From assembly GCA_001773695.1 (NCBI GenBank), contig MEXN01000007.1, positions 47,388-111,387 of the forward strand: 64,000 nt of DNA. Direction: 5' to 3'. Made by a program: the position numbers and the translations under genes. This document shows positions 55,375 to 64,000 of the stretch, piece by piece; position 1 is the stretch's first letter, and the number at the start of each line of letters is the position of its first letter. Below the pieces are notes generated by a model. It saw only the letters and a list, made by a program, of their open reading frames with translations. It was not told the DNA's origin and did not search any database. This stretch comes from Candidatus Amesbacteria bacterium RIFCSPLOWO2_01_FULL_48_25 (GTDB lineage Bacteria > Patescibacteriota > Microgenomatia > CAZETR01 > Amesbacteraceae).

Positions 55375-55542
55375 TTACCACTTCGCCTTTTGAAAAAGCT
55401 GAATCCAGAGTGGAGAGGTGAGCATTGCAATGACTCCAAGAAATGCAGCTCCCAAAATTGCTGCTTCAGCTATATTATCTCGCAACGAAAACTCTCTTAC
55501 ATTTTTAAACACTTGCTTCCAGAAATCTTTTTCGGCGCCCAT
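55375..55542 (-). CDS. Hypothetical 55-aa small membrane protein immediately downstream of dnaK. Not in the ORF track.
   Basis: ATG lies 3 nt after the dnaK stop. It reads MGAEKDFWKQVFKNVREFSLRDNIAEAAILGAAFLGVIAMLTSPLWIQLFQKAKW*. Its last 16 nt duplicate the dnaK 3' end. Confidence 0.3.
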   Translation of the reverse strand: MGAEKDFWKQVFKNVREFSLRDNIAEAAILGAAFLGVIAMLTSPLWIQLFQKAKW

Positions 55543-55544
55543 GA

Positions 55545-57413
55545 TTAATTTACCACTTCGCCTTCTTCGGGTTTCTTGGTGTCGGTTTTTTCTTCAGTGG
55601 GAGGCGTTTGGGTTTGGTCTTGCTGTTGGTACATGCTGGAACCTAGGGCTTGGAGGGAGTCCATGAGGTCTTTGGATTTGGCTTCCAAGTCTTCTTTGGT
55701 ACCGGTTTCTAAGATATCTTTTAAGGCTTTAATTTTTTCTTGAACTGGGTTTTTTAGATTTTCGGGTGATTTATCTGCATCTTTGAGGGTTTTTTCGGCG
55801 GTGAAGATTAAACCATCAGCCTGATTTCTGGCCTCTATTTTGGCTTTTTTTTCAATATCCTCTGATGCGTGCACTTCAGCTTCCTGGCGCATGCGCTCTA
55901 CTTCTTTTTCGTCCAAATTGGTGGAGTTGGTAATGGTAATGTGTTGAATTTTATTGGTAGCTTTGTCTTTGGCGGAAACTTTTAAAATACCGGATGCATC
56001 GATATCGAAAGTAACTTCGATTTGGGGGATACCGCGGGGGGCGGGAGGAATGCCGTCAAGGATAAAGCGGCCAAGGGTCTTGTTGTCCGTGGCCATAGGC
56101 CGCTCGCCCTGGAGGACATGGATTTCGACAGATGTTTGGGTGTCAGCTGCGGTCGAAAAAACCTGGGACTTGGAAGTGGGGATGGTGGTGTTTCTCTCGA
56201 TGAGGGAAGTCATTACGCTACCTAGGGTTTCAAGGCCCAGGGTAAGCGGAGTAACGTCCAGCAAGACTACGTCTTTGACGTCTCCGGTTAATACCCCGCC
56301 CTGAATGGCGGCGCCGACGGCCACTACTTCGTCCGGATTAACGGAGCGGTTGGGCTCTTTGCCAAAGAAGGATTTGACGACCTCGATAACTTTTGGCATC
56401 CGGGTCATGCCGCCAACCAAAACTACTTCATCTATTTCTTTGATGTCTTTTTTGGCGTCTTTGAGGCAGGCCTTGACAGGAGTTATCGTCTTTTGAATGA
56501 GTTCATCGACAATCGTTTCGAGCTTGGACCTTGTAAGCTTGAGTGTGAGATGTAAGGGGTTGCCGTCTTTTTGGGTAATGTACGGCTGGTTGATTTCCAC
56601 TTCGACTGAAGAAGAGAGTTCTATTTTGGCTTTTTCGGCGGCATCCCGAATGCGCTGGAGGGCATGGGAATCTTTTTTGAGATCTACTCCATGCTCGCTT
56701 TTAAACTCACCCACGATCCAGTCCATGATTTTTTGGTCGAAGTCGTCACCTCCCAAATGGGTGTCACCATTGGTGGCTTTGACTTCAAATACACCATCGC
56801 CCAGCTCTAAGATAGAAATATCAAAAGTACCACCACCCAAATCATAGACCGCCACGGTGTGGGAATTTTTCTTGTCCAGGCCGTAGGCCAGAGCTGCAGC
56901 CGTAGGTTCGTTTATTATTCGTTCAACTTTGAGACCGGCAATTTCCCCAGCTTGCTTGGTGGCCTGGCGTTGGGAATCGTCAAAATAAGCCGGGACGGTG
57001 ATGACAGCCCGGTCTACAGAACCTCCCAAATAGGCTTCGGCGTGGGCTTTCATGGTTTGTAAAACTTTGGCGGAAATTTCCTGGGGGGTATAGACCTTGC
57101 CATCGACTTCGACGCAGGCCATGTTGTCTTTTCCGGAAACTATTTTGTAAGGCACCATATCCATGGTGCGTTTGACTTCGCTGTCTGTGAATTTGCGGCC
57201 CATTAGTCGTTTGATGGAATAAATGGTGTTTTTGGGATTTAGGATCATTTGGCGCTTGGCTACATCGCCAACCAGATTCTTGACGGGTTCTACAATCGAA
57301 GGAGTGACATTTCTGCCGGTATCGGCCGCAGTAATAACCTTGGGAGAGCCGCCTTCCATGACGGCCACACAAGAGTTGGTAGTACCTAAATCAATGCCGA
57401 TTATTTTGCTCAT
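55545..57413 (-). CDS. dnaK: Chaperone DnaK (Hsp70)
   Basis: [22 protein letters not shown] and the rest of the Hsp70 signature. 622 aa. Confidence 0.97.
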   Translation of the reverse strand: MSKIIGIDLGTTNSCVAVMEGGSPKVITAADTGRNVTPSIVEPVKNLVGDVAKRQMILNPKNTIYSIKRLMGRKFTDSEVKRTMDMVPYKIVSGKDNMACVEVDGKVYTPQEISAKVLQTMKAHAEAYLGGSVDRAVITVPAYFDDSQRQATKQAGEIAGLKVERIINEPTAAALAYGLDKKNSHTVAVYDLGGGTFDISILELGDGVFEVKATNGDTHLGGDDFDQKIMDWIVGEFKSEHGVDLKKDSHALQRIRDAAEKAKIELSSSVEVEINQPYITQKDGNPLHLTLKLTRSKLETIVDELIQKTITPVKACLKDAKKDIKEIDEVVLVGGMTRMPKVIEVVKSFFGKEPNRSVNPDEVVAVGAAIQGGVLTGDVKDVVLLDVTPLTLGLETLGSVMTSLIERNTTIPTSKSQVFSTAADTQTSVEIHVLQGERPMATDNKTLGRFILDGIPPAPRGIPQIEVTFDIDASGILKVSAKDKATNKIQHITITNSTNLDEKEVERMRQEAEVHASEDIEKKAKIEARNQADGLIFTAEKTLKDADKSPENLKNPVQEKIKALKDILETGTKEDLEAKSKDLMDSLQALGSSMYQQQDQTQTPPTEEKTDTKKPEEGEVVN

Positions 57414-57832
57414 ATTTTTTTATAGACTTTCACCTTCGCTGGTCTTATAACTAAGCCATCAATTTTATAACCCTTTGCGACTAATTCTACAACAGAATTA
57501 TCTGGTTCGCCGAGTATGGTCTCGATGCATTCGTGGATGGTGTGATCAAACGGCTCCCCAGGAGCTGTGATGATGGATTGGAGACTTTCGGAGGACAAAA
57601 CATCCTGAAATTGTTTGACGGCCATTTGAATACCGGGATCGGAAGAATGGGCGGCGGCCAACTCCAAGACGTCTAAGGTGGGAATAAGTTTGGTAACGAT
57701 ATTGGCCGCCGCGAACTTGACGAATTCTTTTTTATCGGCCTCGACCCTTTTACTTAGGTTTTGATAATCAGCCAAAGCTCGCTTCCAATTCTCATTGAGA
57801 GTTTTTATTTCATCGGTTTTTTTGGTTTTCAT
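57410..57832 (-). CDS. grpE: Nucleotide exchange factor GrpE
   Basis: 140 aa with a GrpE-like coiled coil and beta domain. Overlaps the dnaK start. Confidence 0.85.
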   Translation of the reverse strand: MKTKKTDEIKTLNENWKRALADYQNLSKRVEADKKEFVKFAAANIVTKLIPTLDVLELAAAHSSDPGIQMAVKQFQDVLSSESLQSIITAPGEPFDHTIHECIETILGEPDNSVVELVAKGYKIDGLVIRPAKVKVYKKI

Positions 57833-57835
57833 AAT

Positions 57836-58570
57836 TTACCAGCTGCTGGCGAGTTCGGTCATTAGACCGGAAAAATAACGCAGACAAGGGATGACATGGG
57901 GAAAGTTGAGGCGGCATGGGCCGACGACGGCTAACGACCCCCGGCGGGACCCGGAATCGTAATAAGTAAAAGCCATGCCCACCGGCTCAAAATACGGCCA
58001 GCCCAGTTCGGCGCCAAAGACAATATGAACAGGCTCGGGTCCATATGTTCGGCCAAAGAAGAGTTGGCGCAGACGTTGCTGTTGGTCAAGCATTGACAAC
58101 ACGGTGCGAGCAACGTCGATATCAAAAAACTCCGGCATGTCTAGGATATTGGCTACCCCGGAATAGTAGACGTCTCCTTGGTCGGTGGTAATTAAAGACA
58201 GGGCCTTGGTGCGGTCGGCCAAAGCGGCCGAGGTGTGGCGCAGGAGACGATCGTAATCCAGGCGAACGTCCCAGACTTGTTCTTTGGTAGCTACTTCTTC
58301 GGCCAAGGAAAGCTGTTTTTCCTGCATGAGATGGTCTACATAAAAGCGCAAGGCCTGGGGGGTGGGAATGCGGCCGGCAGAGGTGTGGGGTTGACGCAAA
58401 AAACCCATCTGAGTCAGCTCACCCATCTCGTTTCTAATGGTGGCCGGGGAGACGCCGAGGTTGTATTTCTTGTCCACCTGTTCGCTGGCTACCGGTTCGG
58501 CTGAGGTGATGTACTCGTCGATGATAGCTTTTAAAAGCTGGTTCTGGCGGGGGGTGAGATCCATGGACAT
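57836..58570 (-). CDS. hrcA: Heat-inducible transcription repressor HrcA
   Basis: LTPRQNQLLKAIIDEYITSAEPVASE... is the HrcA wHTH N-terminus. Confidence 0.85.
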   Translation of the reverse strand: MSMDLTPRQNQLLKAIIDEYITSAEPVASEQVDKKYNLGVSPATIRNEMGELTQMGFLRQPHTSAGRIPTPQALRFYVDHLMQEKQLSLAEEVATKEQVWDVRLDYDRLLRHTSAALADRTKALSLITTDQGDVYYSGVANILDMPEFFDIDVARTVLSMLDQQQRLRQLFFGRTYGPEPVHIVFGAELGWPYFEPVGMAFTYYDSGSRRGSLAVVGPCRLNFPHVIPCLRYFSGLMTELASSW

Positions 58571-58574
58571 AATA

Positions 58575-58601
58575 TTAGCAGAATGATAATAGGAGTGCTA
58601 A
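58575..58601 (-). promoter_or_regulatory. CIRCE-like HrcA operator TTAGCAgaa-N9-GAGTGCTAA. It overlaps a putative TTGACA, 17-nt spacer, TATCAT promoter of hrcA-grpE-dnaK.
   Basis: The right half matches the CIRCE consensus GAGTGCTAA exactly. The left half reads TTAGCAGAA, against consensus TTAGCACTC. The element lies immediately upstream of hrcA. Confidence 0.7.
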
Positions 58602-58641
58602 TAGTTGTCAAGAGGCTCCCCCGGGAAGTACAATCTGGCAA

Positions 58642-59997
58642 ATGCAAAAAAAATCCGAAAACTGGTGGTCGATTGCGGGAGTGGTGGGGCTGGCATTGGC
58701 ACTACCAATATTCTTGCGGGGAATTAATTATTTGCAAAGACTGTGGGTGGGAGCCGAAGGAAGACTGGCGGCAATTTCAGTAAGCACAGAAAGAGAGCTG
58801 GGGCCGATGCCGGCTCCCTGGAAAGCTATGGCCCAGGGCGGATTTGAGGTGAAGAATTTTCTGGATGGAAACGAGGAAAAAATAAAATCGCTGGGACCAG
58901 AACAAATCAGGATCGACCATATATACGACCAGTTTGGTGTAGTGACGAGACGGGAGGGAAAGTTGGAATTTGATTGGTCTAATCTCGACAGGACGGTCGA
59001 TGGAATTTTGGCAGTTGGAGCCCAGCCGTTTTTGGTTTTATCTTATATGCCGGAAGCAATTGCTAAGGAACCCCCGAGCGGGGAAGACAAAACTTTGCAA
59101 GGCCCAGTAAATTGGGACGAGTGGGCAAATGTCGTTCAAAGGACGATTGAACACTATAGCGGTGAAAAGGGGTTGGGAAATGTGTACTACGAAGTGTGGA
59201 ATGAACCGGACTTATTCGGGAAGTGGAGAATGGGAGGGAGAAAAGATTACCGCCTTCTATATGCCTACTCTGCTCGGGGAGCGGCTGCGGCCCGGGGAGT
59301 CAGACCGTTTAAACTGGGAGGACCTGCGACGACGGGTTTATATAAGAACTGGACAGATCAATTTTTGGAATATGTGTTGAAAAATAGATTGCGGTTAGAC
59401 TTTTATTCTTGGCACAGGTATGAAAGAGGGGTGGAGAAATATACCGCCGATATTTCAAATATAGACGGCTGGTTGGACCGGCACCCTTATTTTTCTCAAG
59501 TAGAAAAAATTATCAGCGAGACGGCCTTGTCCAGCGAAAAAAATGGGGGGAATAACTCGAAAGTAGGGGCAGTTCAACTGATTGCTACGGCTCGAGAGCT
59601 TTTATACAAAGTAAGATATGGTTTCAATTTCTCTGTTGTGGGAGAGAGTTTTGGGATTTTGGGAACTCCACGGGAAAATGCCTTGAAAATGCTTTCACAA
59701 TTGGGACAGGCTAGATTACCAGTGGATGGGGAAGGAACTTGGGTGAGAGCAATCGCTGCCAAAAACAGGGACGGGGTGCAGGTGGTAATAGTAAATTATG
59801 ATCCCAAGGGAGAACATAGCGAGGTAGTGCCAGTGACTTTTTTGGGCTTGACCCCGGGAAAATATGTCATAAGGGAGATGTATTTGGGAGGAGTGGTGAC
59901 GACACGGGAGATGGCCACCGATGCGGCCATGTGGCAAAAAGAAATACCGATGACACCTAATAGTGCGGTATTGTTGGAGTTGGAACCTAAACTTTGA
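58642..59997 (+). CDS. Secreted or membrane-anchored TIM-barrel glycoside hydrolase (clan GH-A, GH39-like)
   Basis: N-terminal hydrophobic segment. YYEVWNEPD supplies the NEP catalytic acid/base motif. FDWSNLDRTVDGILAVGAQPFLVL is also present. Confidence 0.5.
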   Translation: MQKKSENWWSIAGVVGLALALPIFLRGINYLQRLWVGAEGRLAAISVSTERELGPMPAPWKAMAQGGFEVKNFLDGNEEKIKSLGPEQIRIDHIYDQFGVVTRREGKLEFDWSNLDRTVDGILAVGAQPFLVLSYMPEAIAKEPPSGEDKTLQGPVNWDEWANVVQRTIEHYSGEKGLGNVYYEVWNEPDLFGKWRMGGRKDYRLLYAYSARGAAAARGVRPFKLGGPATTGLYKNWTDQFLEYVLKNRLRLDFYSWHRYERGVEKYTADISNIDGWLDRHPYFSQVEKIISETALSSEKNGGNNSKVGAVQLIATARELLYKVRYGFNFSVVGESFGILGTPRENALKMLSQLGQARLPVDGEGTWVRAIAAKNRDGVQVVIVNYDPKGEHSEVVPVTFLGLTPGKYVIREMYLGGVVTTREMATDAAMWQKEIPMTPNSAVLLELEPKL

Positions 59998-61768
59998 GAA
60001 TTGACAGGAAGGCCTCTTGGGGAATGTCAATCTTACCGAAACGGCGCATGCGAGCTTTACCTTTCTTTTGCTTTTTTAATAACTTGTCTTTTCTTGTCTG
60101 ATCGCCGCCAGACATTTTGGCCAGGACATCTTTACGAAACGACTTGAGATCTGCGCGAGCTATAATATGGCCGCCAATGGCTGCCTGGATACTGATTTCA
60201 AATTGCTGACGGGGAATAATATTTTTGAGACGTTCCACCAGATCGCGGGCAATATATGGAGATTGGAATCTGGGGACAATTTGAGAAAAAGCATCGACGC
60301 GATCGCCGCCAATCAAAATATCCAGCTTTACTAGATCCCCGGCTTTGAACTCGGCTACTTGGTAGTCGATAGTTGCATAGCCGGCTGAAGCACTTTTAAG
60401 TTGGTCATAAAAACCACGAATGAGCTCGACTAACGGTAAATTGTAACTGAGGTGAACGAGTTTGCCTTTGTAGGACATATCGATAAGTTCTCCCCTGTGA
60501 TTTTGACAAACTTGCATGACGGATCCCAGAAATTCCTGGGGTAAGAAAAGAGAAGCGTTGATGAACGGTTCGCGGATCTCTTTAATTGTTGAGGGGTCGG
60601 GTAGATCAGACGCCTTGGAAATAGTCTGTAGCTTATGGTTGGTAGTCGCTAGCTCGTAGGAGACGGATGGGGCGGCGGCAATCAGATTGAGGCCAAACTC
60701 GCGTTCGAGGCGCTCCTGAACTATATCCGCATGCAGTAGCCCCAACAGTCCCAAACGAAAGCCGTTACCCAGGGCTGGAGAAAACTCGGGGACATAAGTA
60801 AATGAGCTGTCCTGAAGGCGGAGTTTGGTTAGCGCGTCTCTAAAATTACTTATTTCGGCACCGTCGGTAGGATAAAAGCTGATAAACACGACGGGCTTTA
60901 GCGGTTGGTAACCAGGTAGTTGAGAGGAGGAGAAAGTATTGGAAAGTGTGTCGCCGATTTGGATTTGAGAGATGTCTTTAAGATTGGTGACCACATAGCC
61001 GACCTCGCCAGCGGATAATTTACCGGTAGGGGTTTTGGCGGGAGTGAAGACCCCGACTTCAATTGCCGAAACTAGGGTATTGGTAGCAAGCAAAAACAAC
61101 TTCTCTCCTGTTTTTATTTCTCCATCCACAATTCTAACCCAAGCTATTACTCCAAGGTGGGAATCAAAATTCGAATTAAAGACAAGGGCGCGAGTGGTTT
61201 GCGGCTGAAACCCGGGAGCTGGGACTTTATTGATTATGGTCTCCAGAAGTTCGGGGATACCGGCGCCAGTTTTGGCGGAGACGAGAAGAATAGAATCAAT
61301 GTCGAAATCTAAAATATCGTGCACTTGCTGTTTAGTCCCTTCGATATCGGCGGTTACTACGTCGATTTTGTTGATGACCGGGATAATCGTCAGGCTCAAT
61401 TTCTTGGCCTGGTTGTAATGGGCCAGGGTTTGGGCTTGAACCCCTTGGGTGGCATCGACTAACAAAATCGCACCTTCACAAGCGGCTAGAGAACGGTTGA
61501 CTTCATAAGAAAAGTCCACATGTCCCGGTGTGTCGATCAGGTTTAAGGTATAGGGTATATCGTATAACGTATAACGCATCCGTACCGGGGCGAGTTTGAT
61601 AGTAATCCCCCGCTCTCTTTCGATAGGGTTGCTATCTAGAAGTTGGTCCTGCATTTCTCGCTTGGAGACTGTGCCGGTTAGCTCCAGCATCCGGTCTGCC
61701 AGGGTGGATTTGCCGTGATCAACGTGGGCAATAATCGCGAAATTGCGGATGTTTCTGATATTTTGCAC
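59987..61768 (-). CDS. lepA: Elongation factor 4 (LepA)
   Basis: [26 protein letters not shown] and a LepA-specific C-terminal domain. 593 aa. Confidence 0.95.
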   Translation of the reverse strand: MQNIRNIRNFAIIAHVDHGKSTLADRMLELTGTVSKREMQDQLLDSNPIERERGITIKLAPVRMRYTLYDIPYTLNLIDTPGHVDFSYEVNRSLAACEGAILLVDATQGVQAQTLAHYNQAKKLSLTIIPVINKIDVVTADIEGTKQQVHDILDFDIDSILLVSAKTGAGIPELLETIINKVPAPGFQPQTTRALVFNSNFDSHLGVIAWVRIVDGEIKTGEKLFLLATNTLVSAIEVGVFTPAKTPTGKLSAGEVGYVVTNLKDISQIQIGDTLSNTFSSSQLPGYQPLKPVVFISFYPTDGAEISNFRDALTKLRLQDSSFTYVPEFSPALGNGFRLGLLGLLHADIVQERLEREFGLNLIAAAPSVSYELATTNHKLQTISKASDLPDPSTIKEIREPFINASLFLPQEFLGSVMQVCQNHRGELIDMSYKGKLVHLSYNLPLVELIRGFYDQLKSASAGYATIDYQVAEFKAGDLVKLDILIGGDRVDAFSQIVPRFQSPYIARDLVERLKNIIPRQQFEISIQAAIGGHIIARADLKSFRKDVLAKMSGGDQTRKDKLLKKQKKGKARMRRFGKIDIPQEAFLSILKV

Positions 61769-61914
61769 TCTTTGATTTTATCAATTACTGGTATATATTA
61801 CGAATGTGGCTTATCCAAAAAACATTGAAAGTGTGGTAATCTGCTTAAGTATCTTGTGACTGCGTTGAAACAGTTGGTCAAGCGGGGTTGACTTGTTTTT
61901 TGGGGATTTATCGG

Positions 61915-62160
61915 CTACAGTTTCTCCATAGTCCACATGCGAATTAATTGAGTCACCCCCAACCCCCTTCTATGGGCCTTATAACGAAGTGTCTTCATGG
62001 AGTTTGAGTCGAATCGCACGTTAATTGTTTCAGAGAGGTTCTTAGCAAATCTAACCCTGACCGGTTTACCTTTTTTCCATGCTTTGTCAAAGTTCTTCTC
62101 CCAAAAACTCGCTTCTTTTTCCCTGTTTCTAAAAATAGCTTTGTTTGGTGCTTTATTCAT
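61915..62160 (-). CDS. brnA: BrnA-like antitoxin (RHH/CopG-like)
   Basis: C-terminal INVRFDSNSMKTLRYKAHRRGLGVTQLIRMWTMEKL resembles BrnA. Start placed at MNKAPNK, just after the toxin stop. Confidence 0.55.
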   Translation of the reverse strand: MNKAPNKAIFRNREKEASFWEKNFDKAWKKGKPVRVRFAKNLSETINVRFDSNSMKTLRYKAHRRGLGVTQLIRMWTMEKL

Positions 62161-62407
62161 AGTACGCAGTAATAACATAATAAATCCCACCGCCATACGG
62201 TTTAAGATTGGTGTCTTCCGGCGAAAGGATTATAGACAAATTTTTCCCGGTTTTAGTTTGGCCTTTGACCATGATTCTTTTGCGATAACTTTCTGTTGTT
62301 TGATGGTCGCCGTTGCAAACTTCTTCCACTTCTTCCGGGGTGATATGGTGTCGAGCTAGATGCTCCCGGTTCCAATCGTCCCAGACTAGGCTGTCTACCA
62401 CGAGCAT
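62153..62407 (-). CDS. brnT: BrnT-like toxin (DUF497 ribonuclease toxin)
   Basis: VWDDWNREHLARHHITPEEVEEV N-terminal motif of the BrnT family. 84 aa. Toxin gene precedes antitoxin, as in brnTA. Confidence 0.6.
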   Translation of the reverse strand: MLVVDSLVWDDWNREHLARHHITPEEVEEVCNGDHQTTESYRKRIMVKGQTKTGKNLSIILSPEDTNLKPYGGGIYYVITAYYE

Positions 62408-62424
62408 AATTAACTAGAATTAGT

Positions 62425-62476
62425 GTAGCACGTTGTGCTACAAAGTCAATGGGCGACTCATGGTCAAGTTAACTTG
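62425..62476. promoter_or_regulatory. Two perfect palindromes in the divergent brnT/nudix promoter region: GTAGCAC-gtt-GTGCTAC and CAAGTTAACTTG
   Basis: 62425-62441 and 62465-62476, 18 to 70 nt upstream of the brnT start. Confidence 0.35.
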
Positions 62477-62505
62477 ACTTGCTTTTGGGAATTTAGGACT
62501 TAGTA

Positions 62506-63225
62506 TTGGTTTTAATGAAACAGTTGCACGAGATCCAATTGCAGATACTTAAAAGGCTGCTTTTTGCCAACGAACTGAGATATGCACAGGTCAAACCTGA
62601 CCAGGGGATGGAAAATAACCAGTTTGATTTCCACTTGGATCAGCTAATCGACGGAGGATATGTGGCCAAGAAAGACAAGTCATATAAACTAACTAATTTT
62701 GGCAAGGAGTATGCCAACCGGATGGATACGGAAGAGGTGGTGGTGGCCAAACAATCAAAGATTTCAGCCTGGATTTGCTGTACAAGAGAAGGGAACAAAC
62801 AAAAACAATTTTTGATTTACACCAGACTAAAGCAGCCTTTTTACGGCTGCCAGGGATTTATGTCCGGTAAAGTTAGGTACGGCGAAAAAGTGGTTGATGC
62901 GGCCAGAAGAGAGTTAAAAGAAGAAACGGGTCTAGGGGGCGAGCCTCAAATAGTGAGTGTTAAACACTTTTTGGTGTATGACAAAACTACGAATGAGTTA
63001 GTGGAAGATAAAATCATGGTTCTATGTGTGGTAAAAAATCCTAAAGGCGATCTAAAACCCCATAACGAGGGATTATATCAATGGGTGGGTGAACCTGATC
63101 TACGAAAACATATTACAAATCCGTTCGAGCCGATTGATGAGTTTTTGAAATATCTATATGAGGCGAAAAAGTTTAAAGGAAAAGTTAGTTTTATAGAAAT
63201 AGAACATTGGACCAGTAAATTCTAG
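62506..63225 (+). CDS. Nudix hydrolase with an N-terminal winged-helix domain
   Basis: Nudix box GKVRYGEKVVDAARRELKEETGL. N-terminal wHTH-like region of about 90 aa. Confidence 0.7.
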   Translation: MVLMKQLHEIQLQILKRLLFANELRYAQVKPDQGMENNQFDFHLDQLIDGGYVAKKDKSYKLTNFGKEYANRMDTEEVVVAKQSKISAWICCTREGNKQKQFLIYTRLKQPFYGCQGFMSGKVRYGEKVVDAARRELKEETGLGGEPQIVSVKHFLVYDKTTNELVEDKIMVLCVVKNPKGDLKPHNEGLYQWVGEPDLRKHITNPFEPIDEFLKYLYEAKKFKGKVSFIEIEHWTSKF

Positions 63226-63668
63226 AGTTCGCCTTGAATATTGTGTCTTACGGCCACTCCTAAAACCGCAAATTTGACCGCAAGATTAGAAACTGCCGCA
63301 ATTGCTGTGACCTCTGGCATATTAACCATGAGGCCAACCACACCAATGGGGATGGAGATTATATCAATACCGGCCAGGCCCATTCCTATGGACATGGCAT
63401 GAAGTTTGTCCCCTGTTGTCCTTTGGGGGAGAGTGAGGAGGGGTTTTCCATCCCTTTTTCTTCTTGTTACACCGTATGAGAAAGGGATGACATCAAGAAG
63501 GGCTGCGGCTGCGGTTTCGATCCAGGTTAGTCTGGGGTTTTCTGAGGCTATATGGGTAATTCTACTCTTTTCGAGTGGGATTTTCCACAGAGTCAGTTTT
63601 GGTCCGGGGCGGGGAGGATGACGGGTTCGGTGGGAGTTTCCTGGGGGGACGAAAGGAGTTTGCGCCAA
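63222..63668 (-). CDS. Hypothetical protein with a hydrophobic C-terminal half. It may be the downstream part of a frameshifted flippase-like gene.
   Basis: 148-aa ORF. Its C-terminal segment LHAMSIGMGLAGIDIISIPIGVVGLMVNMPEVTAIAAV is TM-like. It overlaps the next ORF in a different frame. Confidence 0.3.
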   Translation of the reverse strand: MAQTPFVPPGNSHRTRHPPRPGPKLTLWKIPLEKSRITHIASENPRLTWIETAAAALLDVIPFSYGVTRRKRDGKPLLTLPQRTTGDKLHAMSIGMGLAGIDIISIPIGVVGLMVNMPEVTAIAAVSNLAVKFAVLGVAVRHNIQGEL

Positions 63669-64000
63669 GTCCAGACCCGCCGACCGAGTTCGATAAATGT
63701 CACCAGTTCTGGAATTTTAAACAAGTACGCCAAAAGACCATAAACGGTCATGCCAATGAAACTGGTGGTCATTGTCAGGAATAATAAGGGGAAGGTGCGG
63801 GTGGTATCGAACACGAATTGATCCAAAAGGCGCATGGGGATCCACAAAAAGATTCCGGCTACAAAACTTATGAAGATCATCTTGGCTAATGACTTGAAAA
63901 TGATGCTTTCCAAAGGACGGGAAGTGCCGAGACGAACTTCTAGGGCGATGGCTAAGGCAAAGCATTCGATAATGTTGGTTATGGTAATGGCAGTGGCAAT
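63593..64000 (-). CDS. Partial polytopic membrane protein (MurJ/Wzx-like flippase C-terminal region?). The open frame continues beyond the window end.
   Basis: Frame is open from 64000 down to the stop at 63593. It contains several hydrophobic helices (IATAITITNIIECFALAIALE...FISFVAGIFLWIP...). Confidence 0.35.
   Translation of the reverse strand: MATAITITNIIECFALAIALEVRLGTSRPLESIIFKSLAKMIFISFVAGIFLWIPMRLLDQFVFDTTRTFPLLFLTMTTSFIGMTVYGLLAYLFKIPELVTFIELGRRVWTWRKLLSSPQETPTEPVILPAPDQN

Noticed and set aside
1-64000. Alternative genetic code (UGA=Gly, as in some CPR lineages)
   Set aside because: TGA terminates fusA (39690-39692), rplX (ATGA overlap at 47609-47612) and several other conserved genes at the expected positions, so the standard code applies.

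Overview
This 64 kb window looks like a reduced-genome bacterium, probably Patescibacteria/CPR-like (inference). The evidence: no rpmD (L30) between rpsE and rplO, a Zn-ribbon (Z-type) S14, short IF2, C-terminally truncated AlaRS, DnaJ without a zinc finger, many leaderless or SD-poor starts, and a sortase. The standard genetic code is in use, since TGA terminates fusA and other conserved genes. About 55% of the window is core information-processing genes. On the minus strand, recX'-recA runs to a tRNA-Pro, then rpsI-rplM-rplQ-rpoA-rpsD-rpsG-rpsL-rpoC-rpoB form one continuous block. That fuses the rpoBC/str operon directly to the tail of the alpha operon. Further along the minus strand lie mltG, a Zn-ribbon gene, ruvX, a sortase, a 691-aa membrane-anchored protein and alaS. 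These are followed by a Doc/AbrB toxin-antitoxin pair, a RodZ-like gene, ftsK, rnj, udg, a Lon-derived AAA+ module, pnp and rpsO. Next is a small island of hypothetical genes carrying duplicated gene tails, then a degenerate nrnA-like gene, infB, nusA and a dnaJ-like gene. On the plus strand, fusA is followed by three inserted small genes, then tuf and rpsJ, an inserted gene with its own promoter and terminator, and rplC through rplO (S10/spc block without L30). These are followed by secY-adk-map-infA-rpmJ-rpsM-rpsK and an rRNA-methyltransferase-like gene. After that come a small ORF and dnaK-grpE-hrcA with a CIRCE site, a GH39-like glycosidase, lepA, a BrnT/BrnA pair, a Nudix/wHTH gene and a partial flippase-like membrane gene. 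No single obvious novel multi-gene system stands out. The most unusual signals are four. First, direct repeats of gene 3' ends flank small inserted ORFs, recurrently. Second, perfect 4x heptanucleotide tandem repeats sit inside ribosomal protein genes. Third, a conserved hairpin element occurs at two gene junctions with the stop codon of the upstream gene positioned in its loop. Fourth, the canonical ribosomal super-operon is rearranged and carries insertions. No rRNA genes, CRISPR arrays or transposase/integrase genes were seen.
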